From positions 23,926 to 87,925 of the forward strand of contig JAILAD010000005.1 of the NCBI GenBank assembly GCA_024681795.1: a stretch of DNA of 64,000 nucleotides, in the 5' to 3' direction. The notes beneath the pieces were generated by a model, which saw only the letters and a program-made list of their open reading frames with translations, made no database searches and was not told the DNA's origin. Position numbers and translations under genes: made by a program. This document shows, piece by piece, positions 57,850 through 64,000 of the stretch (position 1 is the stretch's first letter; each line of letters starts with the position of its first letter). The stretch is from Lachnospiraceae bacterium (GTDB taxonomy: Bacteria; Bacillota; Clostridia; Lachnospirales; Lachnospiraceae).

Positions 57850-58674
57850 TTATAAGTCGTGAAAACTTACTTTCCGGCCTTCAAAGGTGCAGTAATGACG
57901 AAATCCGGATTCCAAAAGAATCCGCCCGGCAACGTCGAAACCGGCGCCGACACGGTCCGGCGTATGTGCATCGGCCCCGACCGTAATGATTTCGCCGCCC
58001 AGTTCTTTATAAAAACGAACAGCCTCCGGGCACGGATTGGTCTGAGAAATTCTTTGTTTCAAACCGGAGGTGTTAATTTCGATTCCTTTTCCGTTTGAGA
58101 TAATAATCTTGTATATTGCTTCAAAAATGTCCTGAAAATCTTTAAAGCGATAAGTATATTCGGATTCACGTTCCTTTGGAATATAGCGGACGATATAGTC
58201 CATATGTCCGTAAACGTCATAATTGCTGTATCCCGAAACATTCGTAAGAATTTCTTCGAAATAGTCCCGAATGCCTTCTTTTACGGAAATACCGTCATAG
58301 TAGGAAGGGTAGTAGGGATCCTTTTTTTTGCAGACGTGGGAGGAAGCAATAATAAAATCAAACGGATAGGCGGCTGCAAGTCTTCCGCTTTCCTCCAAAG
58401 TGTGTGGCTGGATGCCGAGCTCGATTCCGAACCCGATTTTGATCCGGTCACGGTATTCGTTTTGAAGTTTCAGGTATCCGTTCCGGTATTCCTCTGTGTT
58501 TAACTCAAACATTCCCGTTTCCTCGGGAATCAGGTAACAGTAATCATAGTCGTTGTGTTCCGTGAAACATATATGACGGAGTCCTGCACTGACGGATGCC
58601 TTAATCATTTCCTCCATGGGAGCTTTGCAGTCTCCGGAGAAAGAAGAGTGCATATGAAAATCGGAGTGTATCAT
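57850..58674 (-). CDS. Histidinol-phosphatase HisJ-family PHP hydrolase
   Basis: DFHMHSSFSGD, CFTEHND, GIELG, DFIIASSH, GHMDY, EINTSG, GADAH. Confidence 0.9.
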   Translation of the reverse strand: MIHSDFHMHSSFSGDCKAPMEEMIKASVSAGLRHICFTEHNDYDYCYLIPEETGMFELNTEEYRNGYLKLQNEYRDRIKIGFGIELGIQPHTLEESGRLAAAYPFDFIIASSHVCKKKDPYYPSYYDGISVKEGIRDYFEEILTNVSGYSNYDVYGHMDYIVRYIPKERESEYTYRFKDFQDIFEAIYKIIISNGKGIEINTSGLKQRISQTNPCPEAVRFYKELGGEIITVGADAHTPDRVGAGFDVAGRILLESGFRHYCTFEGRKVSFHDL

Positions 58675-58849
58675 AGAAGTGCCTTTCCATGCGGGTCTGA
58701 CCGCATTCTGAATAAAAATAAATGCCGAAGAAACCGGCCGGCAGAGCGTGAAACAATTTCGCGGCAATTTTTATCCATTATAATCGGATTCGAAAAAATA
58801 GACAACTTGAAAACAGGAACTAAACTTTTTATGAATTCTGAAAATCATC

Positions 58850-58878
58850 TTGAATTTCTGCCGTGATTTGGGTAAAAT
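58850..58878 (+). promoter_or_regulatory. SigA-type promoter of gap
   Basis: TTGAAT-17 bp-TAAAAT. Confidence 0.65.
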
Positions 58879-58951
58879 GAATGTGCTGACAAAATTTTGA
58901 CAATCACGTTGGATTGTCAGCCGTTAAATACAATTTCAGGAGGATTTACAA

Positions 58952-59953
58952 ATGGCAGTAAAAGTAGCAATTAATGGTTTTGGCCGTATCGGACGTCTTG
59001 CTTTCAGACAGATGTTCGGTGCAGAAGGTTATGATGTAGTAGCAATCAACGATTTAACATCCCCTAAGATGTTAGCACACCTTTTGAAGTATGATTCTTC
59101 TCAGGGTAAATACGCTAAGGCAGATACCGTATCTGCAGGCGAAGATTCCATCACTGTTGACGGAAAGACTCTTAAGATTTACAAAGAGCCCGATGCAAAC
59201 AACTGCCCTTGGGGTGAGCTTGGAGTAGACGTAGTTCTTGAGTGCTCCGGTTTCTATACCTCTAAGGAAAAAGCACAGGCACACATCAATGCCGGTGCAA
59301 AGAAGGTTGTTATTTCCGCTCCTGCAGGAAAAGATCTTCCTACCATCGTTTACAACGTAAACCACACAACTTTAACCAAGGATGATACCATCATCTCCGC
59401 AGCAAGCTGCACCACAAACTGCTTAGCTCCCATGGCTAAGGCTCTTAACGATCTTGCAGGCATCAAGTCCGGTATCATGAGCACCATTCATGCATACACC
59501 GGTGACCAGATGATCCTTGACGGACCTCAGAGAAAGGGTGATTTAAGAAGATCCCGTGCAGGCGCTATCAACATCGTTCCCAACAGCACAGGTGCTGCAA
59601 AGGCAATCGGTCTTGTTATCCCTGAACTCAATGGTAAGTTAATCGGTTCCGCACAGCGTGTTCCGACCCCTACCGGATCCACCACAATCCTTGTAGCAAC
59701 CGTTGAGAAGAGCGTAACCAAGGAAGAAATCAACGCAGCTATGAAAGCAGCAGCTAACGAGTCCTTCGGATACAACGAGGATGAAATCGTTTCTTCCGAT
59801 ATCGTAGGAATGACCTATGGTTCCTTATTCGATGCTACCCAGACTATGGTTGGCGAAGATAACCTTGTACAGGTTGTTTCCTGGTACGATAACGAGAACT
59901 CCTATACCAGCCAGATGGTTAGAACCATTAAGTATTTCGCAGAATTACAGTAA
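58952..59953 (+). CDS. gap: Type I glyceraldehyde-3-phosphate dehydrogenase
   Basis: [24 protein letters not shown]. Confidence 0.99.
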   Translation: MAVKVAINGFGRIGRLAFRQMFGAEGYDVVAINDLTSPKMLAHLLKYDSSQGKYAKADTVSAGEDSITVDGKTLKIYKEPDANNCPWGELGVDVVLECSGFYTSKEKAQAHINAGAKKVVISAPAGKDLPTIVYNVNHTTLTKDDTIISAASCTTNCLAPMAKALNDLAGIKSGIMSTIHAYTGDQMILDGPQRKGDLRRSRAGAINIVPNSTGAAKAIGLVIPELNGKLIGSAQRVPTPTGSTTILVATVEKSVTKEEINAAMKAAANESFGYNEDEIVSSDIVGMTYGSLFDATQTMVGEDNLVQVVSWYDNENSYTSQMVRTIKYFAELQ

Positions 59954-60008
59954 TTAATCATTACACGAATCTGCAAGTCAGCATGAAATCATGGGCATAA
60001 GCCCGAAG

Positions 60009-60050
60009 AAAAAGCACCGGTCGAGGATATTCGGCCGGGCTTTTTTGTTT
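60009..60050 (+). terminator. gap terminator
   Basis: aaaaagcaccggtcga...tcggccgggctttttt. Confidence 0.8.
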
Positions 60051-60159
60051 GAATGACACAGGTCTTTTTTATTCATATAAATATCTTTCTTACTTTTTCT
60101 GCCTTTGTTGAAATGATGCACTGTTTTGATATAATAAAAAGGTACAGGGGGGAATTATA

Positions 60160-62520
60160 ATGAACGGTATGAATAAAAGGAAAAATATAGCCATTCTTCT
60201 GGGAGACATCAGGGATGTATACAGCAACGCGGTAGCGAAAGGTGCGATGAAAGCCGCAAAGGAGTCCGACTGTAATCTTCTGATTGTACCCGGGAGATAT
60301 TACCGGGCAAGAAAAGAACTTCTTCTGGGTGAATACGAATACCAGTACCAGAGCCTTTTTACGTATTTTACGGAGAATAATGTCGATGTCATAATTCTCT
60401 GCGAGGGTGCAATCGGAATCGTCAGTGACAGTACGGACCGGAATTCTCTGGAAATATTCAGGGAGAGAATCAAAGATATTCCTTTTATCACCATTTCAGG
60501 CGATGCACCGGGAATCCCGGATGTCCGGTATGACAATAAAAACGGTATTATCCGCGGAATCACGCATATGGTCAGATGCCAGCATTGCAGGAAAATTGCC
60601 ATGGTAGGCGGTCCTGCGGATAACAGGGATACCAGGGAAAGGGTAAGTGCATACAAAGAAGCGCTTGTATCACTCGGAAAAGAAGCGGATGATGACCTGA
60701 TTATTTACGGAGAATATACGGAACGAAGCGAAAGCCTGATCTACGCCTTTTTAAAGAGACATCCCGACGTGGACGGCATGGTTTTTGCCAATGACCGGAT
60801 GGCCATCGGCGGATATGAAGCTGCAGCCAAATGCGGTCGTATAGTCGGCAGGGATATTTCGTTTCTCGGTTTTGACAATATTGAAAAGGACAGTTACATG
60901 GATCCGCCTTTGGCAAGTGTGGATGCGGATGTTTTGGAACTCGGTTATTATGCGGTAAAAGAAGCATTGCGATTTGAGGCTTCCGGAAAGGTTACGGAAA
61001 AGATCATTCCTTCCCGGTTTGTTCCGAGAGAATCCATTATGCTAACCGGAGGACAGGAATTAATCGAGCAGGCGCTGGGATACGGAATTGATGAGGATAC
61101 GGATTTTGAACTCCTTGCCGATAATTCCTTCGAATATATCTATGCCCCGCAGAATGACGAAATCGGAAAAGCCAATCTTTATGAGTGCTACAGGCGGTTT
61201 CTGTTTGATCTTTCCGCAGTCGTTTTTTCCAACAATGTCAGTGAAGAACGCATAGAAGTTTTGAAATATTCATTCCGTCAGCTTTTTACGGAGGATGTGC
61301 GCGGGGATCTGGACGTGACCAGATTTATCATTATTCTGGACGCAATGGAACAGATTATGCTGGATAATCATCCGACGGACGCAAAGAGGGATAAAATCAT
61401 AAGAATGTCCTCTTATGCGTATAAATATCTGTCAAACGTCATATCGCTCCGGGAAAACAGGAAAAATTACCGCCTGAAAAAAATCCAGCATGAAATATAC
61501 CGCATCAGCGCCGATTTGGTCGGATTCCACAATGTGTCCGATACAACCTATGCGTCCGTTCTTTCGAATTTTACCCGGTTCGGAATCAATAACTGTTTTC
61601 TGTTTTTATTTGAAAATCCCATCCGGAACGAATACGCGGATCATTTTAAGCCGGATGAAATTCTGTATTTAAAAGCCGCACTGAATAACGGGGATCTGTA
61701 TTCCCCGTCCAAACGGGAACAGGCAGTTGCGCTGAGTGATATGTTTTCGTTTGTTTTTGATGAAATCGGAGAGTGTACGCATCTGATTATGCTGAATCTT
61801 TACATCCGGAATATGATTTACGGAGTCATTCTCTGTGATATTCCTTATGAGATTTTCAGTTTCTATGAGAGTTTTAACTATCAGGTCAGCTCTGCGGTGC
61901 GTATAATCCGCCTGCTGGAAGAAAATGACGAAAAGGGCAGACAGCTGAAGGCAAGCCTGGATCTGCTTATGCAAAACAATATCCAGCTGGAAGGAATTTC
62001 CAAAAAAGATGAGCTGACAGGCATCAACAACCGCCGGGGATTTTTATCCGATGTGGAGACAATGTTTGCAGAAAGCGTGAAGATGAAAGAGGAACCGAAG
62101 TATGTTCTGGTCGGATATGCGGATGCGGACGGTCTAAAGGGAGTGAACGATACTTTCGGACATGACGAGGGGGACAGCCTGATTGTTGCATGCGCAAACG
62201 TTTTAAAAGAAACCGTTGAAGACAGGGGAGTCATCGGAAGAATGGGCGGAGACGAGTTTGCGGCCATGCTTTTTACATCCGATGAGCAGCTGGGTGAACA
62301 GCTGAAAGAGCGGATGGAGTCATTAATTGATTCCTACAACGGGAAATCCGAGAAACCATATAAGCTTTCCGTATCGTTCGGGACATTCCTGTTTCCGTAT
62401 GCATCGGATTTAAAAATACTCGGGCTTCTGGAAAGCGCGGATAAACAGATGTACCGGATTAAGGAAAATCACAGGGCCGGGAGAAGACGCGGAGACTTTT
62501 TGCCGAATGACGTGAATTGA
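60160..62520 (+). CDS. Diguanylate cyclase with N-terminal LacI-type sugar-binding sensor domain
   Basis: FANDRMAIG...GRDISFLGFDN...PPLASV periplasmic-binding-type fold without HTH; DELTGINNRRG, DADGLKGVNDTFGHDEGD, RMGGDEF. Confidence 0.9.
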   Translation: MNGMNKRKNIAILLGDIRDVYSNAVAKGAMKAAKESDCNLLIVPGRYYRARKELLLGEYEYQYQSLFTYFTENNVDVIILCEGAIGIVSDSTDRNSLEIFRERIKDIPFITISGDAPGIPDVRYDNKNGIIRGITHMVRCQHCRKIAMVGGPADNRDTRERVSAYKEALVSLGKEADDDLIIYGEYTERSESLIYAFLKRHPDVDGMVFANDRMAIGGYEAAAKCGRIVGRDISFLGFDNIEKDSYMDPPLASVDADVLELGYYAVKEALRFEASGKVTEKIIPSRFVPRESIMLTGGQELIEQALGYGIDEDTDFELLADNSFEYIYAPQNDEIGKANLYECYRRFLFDLSAVVFSNNVSEERIEVLKYSFRQLFTEDVRGDLDVTRFIIILDAMEQIMLDNHPTDAKRDKIIRMSSYAYKYLSNVISLRENRKNYRLKKIQHEIYRISADLVGFHNVSDTTYASVLSNFTRFGINNCFLFLFENPIRNEYADHFKPDEILYLKAALNNGDLYSPSKREQAVALSDMFSFVFDEIGECTHLIMLNLYIRNMIYGVILCDIPYEIFSFYESFNYQVSSAVRIIRLLEENDEKGRQLKASLDLLMQNNIQLEGISKKDELTGINNRRGFLSDVETMFAESVKMKEEPKYVLVGYADADGLKGVNDTFGHDEGDSLIVACANVLKETVEDRGVIGRMGGDEFAAMLFTSDEQLGEQLKERMESLIDSYNGKSEKPYKLSVSFGTFLFPYASDLKILGLLESADKQMYRIKENHRAGRRRGDFLPNDVN

Positions 62521-62545
62521 GCCGGATAAACGCAGAGGAAGAACA

Positions 62546-62597
62546 GAATATAAAGCAAATATAAAGCGAATAAAAAGCAGAATAAAAGCAATAAAGC
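62546..62597 (+). repeat. Degenerate 11-bp tandem repeat, about 4.7 copies
   Basis: gaatataaagc aaatataaagc gaataaaaagc agaataaaagc aataaagc. Confidence 0.8.
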
Positions 62598-62621
62598 GGA
62601 CAAAAGAGGTACTTGTTGTTT

Positions 62622-64000
62622 ATGTGGGATAGCAGGATATTCCGGAAAGAATTATTACATCAAATATTTTCAGATAAAAAAGCATGGATTGTATCCGGAA
62701 TAATAAGCCTGTTTTTATCCGCGTTTATGATTTCCGGGTATCTTCTTGATAAAACCGGTTCTGTCGGAAATGTCAGGTTTGTACAGATCCTTGCAGGGAT
62801 TTTCGTCTTTGCGGTGTCACTGTTTTTAAATCTGTTTTTATTCTTTTTTGTTGACGGGATTTCCTTTCGTTTCCGGAGCAAAGTTACCGTCAAAGCCGGA
62901 GAACCGGACAAAAATGTCAGTCCGGGCAGGAAGAATGTCCGGAATTATTCATATGTGATTTATTTCTTTGCCATTCTTGCAGGATGGCTTCCTTCATTCC
63001 TGGGACTTTACCCGGGTCTTTTTACCTATGATTCCGTTGCGCAGTATAAAATGGTGGAAAGAGGTCTTATTACGTCTCATCATCCTGTCATTCATACACT
63101 TTTACTGGGCGGTCTTACCAATCTTTCAAATAATCTCTTCGGCGATGTAAACAAAGGAGTTCTTGCTTATACCGTAATTCAGATGCTGGTTATGGCTGCA
63201 TGTTTTGCGTATATGATCAAATTTGAAGAAAGAGCGGGAATGCACATTATTACGAGAATCCTTTCCGTTGCCTGGCTTTGTTTCTTTCCGCCGAATGTCA
63301 TTCTGGTTATGTCCTGCACCAAGGATTCCATGTTTTCTGCCTTTGTGGTTCTGTTTACCGTGCTGAATGCAGAATGGATTACGGAAGGGGGAAAATTCCG
63401 GACGGGGAAAAAAGAGGGCGTTCTATGGATTCTCGCCGCTTTTTTTACGATTCTTATGCGGAAAAACGCAATTTATGCAATGATTCCGTTCCTTCTGTTA
63501 TTTTTTATCGTCATGCGAAAAGAGTGGAAAAGGGTTTTGCCGATGCTTGCAATTCTTTGTGTGCTGGTTGTATTTTACGAGGGACCTTTCTGCGCCGCCG
63601 TTGTAAAAGAAAGTGAAGATGAACGTGAAAAAATGTCCGTTCCGTGCCAGCAGATTATGCGCGTATACAAAACACGGGGAAATGATCTGAGTGCGGAAGA
63701 GAGAGATGAAATCGAAGATATGTTTAAAGATACGGCTTTCGATTACTATAATCCCAAAATCGCGGATGCCGTGAAATCAAACCTGAAAATCAAGAAATTC
63801 AGAAAAGACAGGAAATACTATATTAAAAAATACCTGGAATACGGGATTCGTTTCCCTGTGGAGTATCTGGATTCCTTTCTCTTAAATACAATGGATTCAT
63901 GGTATCCGTTCTCCAAGATGGTTCTCGACGGCCGCGGAAGAGAAGGTTATCTGTCGATTGAAAGCAGAGAACCGGCGACTTCAAGACCTTTGATTCCCGC
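62622..64000 (+). CDS. Polytopic membrane protein, DUF6020-like (possible GT-C-type glycan modifier), 3'-truncated by window
   Basis: Translated manually (absent from ORF track because no stop in window): WLPSFLGLYPGLFTYDSVAQY...SHHPVIHTLLLGG...YTVIQML...KDSMFSA; many TM segments. Confidence 0.7.
   Translation, partial: MWDSRIFRKELLHQIFSDKKAWIVSGIISLFLSAFMISGYLLDKTGSVGNVRFVQILAGIFVFAVSLFLNLFLFFFVDGISFRFRSKVTVKAGEPDKNVSPGRKNVRNYSYVIYFFAILAGWLPSFLGLYPGLFTYDSVAQYKMVERGLITSHHPVIHTLLLGGLTNLSNNLFGDVNKGVLAYTVIQMLVMAACFAYMIKFEERAGMHIITRILSVAWLCFFPPNVILVMSCTKDSMFSAFVVLFTVLNAEWITEGGKFRTGKKEGVLWILAAFFTILMRKNAIYAMIPFLLLFFIVMRKEWKRVLPMLAILCVLVVFYEGPFCAAVVKESEDEREKMSVPCQQIMRVYKTRGNDLSAEERDEIEDMFKDTAFDYYNPKIADAVKSNLKIKKFRKDRKYYIKKYLEYGIRFPVEYLDSFLLNTMDSWYPFSKMVLDGRGREGYLSIESREPATSRPLIP

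Noticed and set aside
5719-57850. Longer upstream starts in the ORF track (5719, 8093, 10472, 17086, 22371, 39930, 40638, 52377, 55922, 56754, and 58767 on the minus strand)
   Set aside because: Downstream ATGs have better RBS placement or match family N-termini; the extensions are not real fusions

Overview
Chromosomal segment of a Lachnospiraceae-like Clostridia bacterium. Most of it is housekeeping: rpsO-pnp, surE-deoB, prfC, asp23-nusB-xseAB-ispA-dxs-tlyA-nadK-argR-recN, glgA, rqcH, yicC-remA-gmk-rpoZ-rimO-pgsA-cinA, recA-recX-rny, nudF, xerD, a PHP phosphatase and gap. Embedded accessory or unexplained parts: (1) the end of an AT-rich phage or satellite-like element integrated at the 3' end of tRNA-Ala(CGC), with a terminase small subunit-like gene but no large subunit following it; (2) an AraC-KdgF-putative lyase-MATE uronate/pectin locus; (3) a 2812-aa protein of unknown function with a roughly 980-aa internal tandem duplication, a canonical EF-hand loop at the junction and an acidic tail; (4) a closely spaced trio of a Zn-ribbon/TM/RsiV-like protein, a Cys-rich protein with an internal lipobox and Gly-acidic repeats, and an orphan glycyl-radical-activase-like radical SAM enzyme; (5) the IscU-like plus GGGtGRT pair; (6) two lipoprotein serpins with different reactive loops and a shared upstream motif, flanking an EAL phosphodiesterase; (7) a LacI-sensor diguanylate cyclase. 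All family assignments come from motif recognition by eye; no database searches were run.
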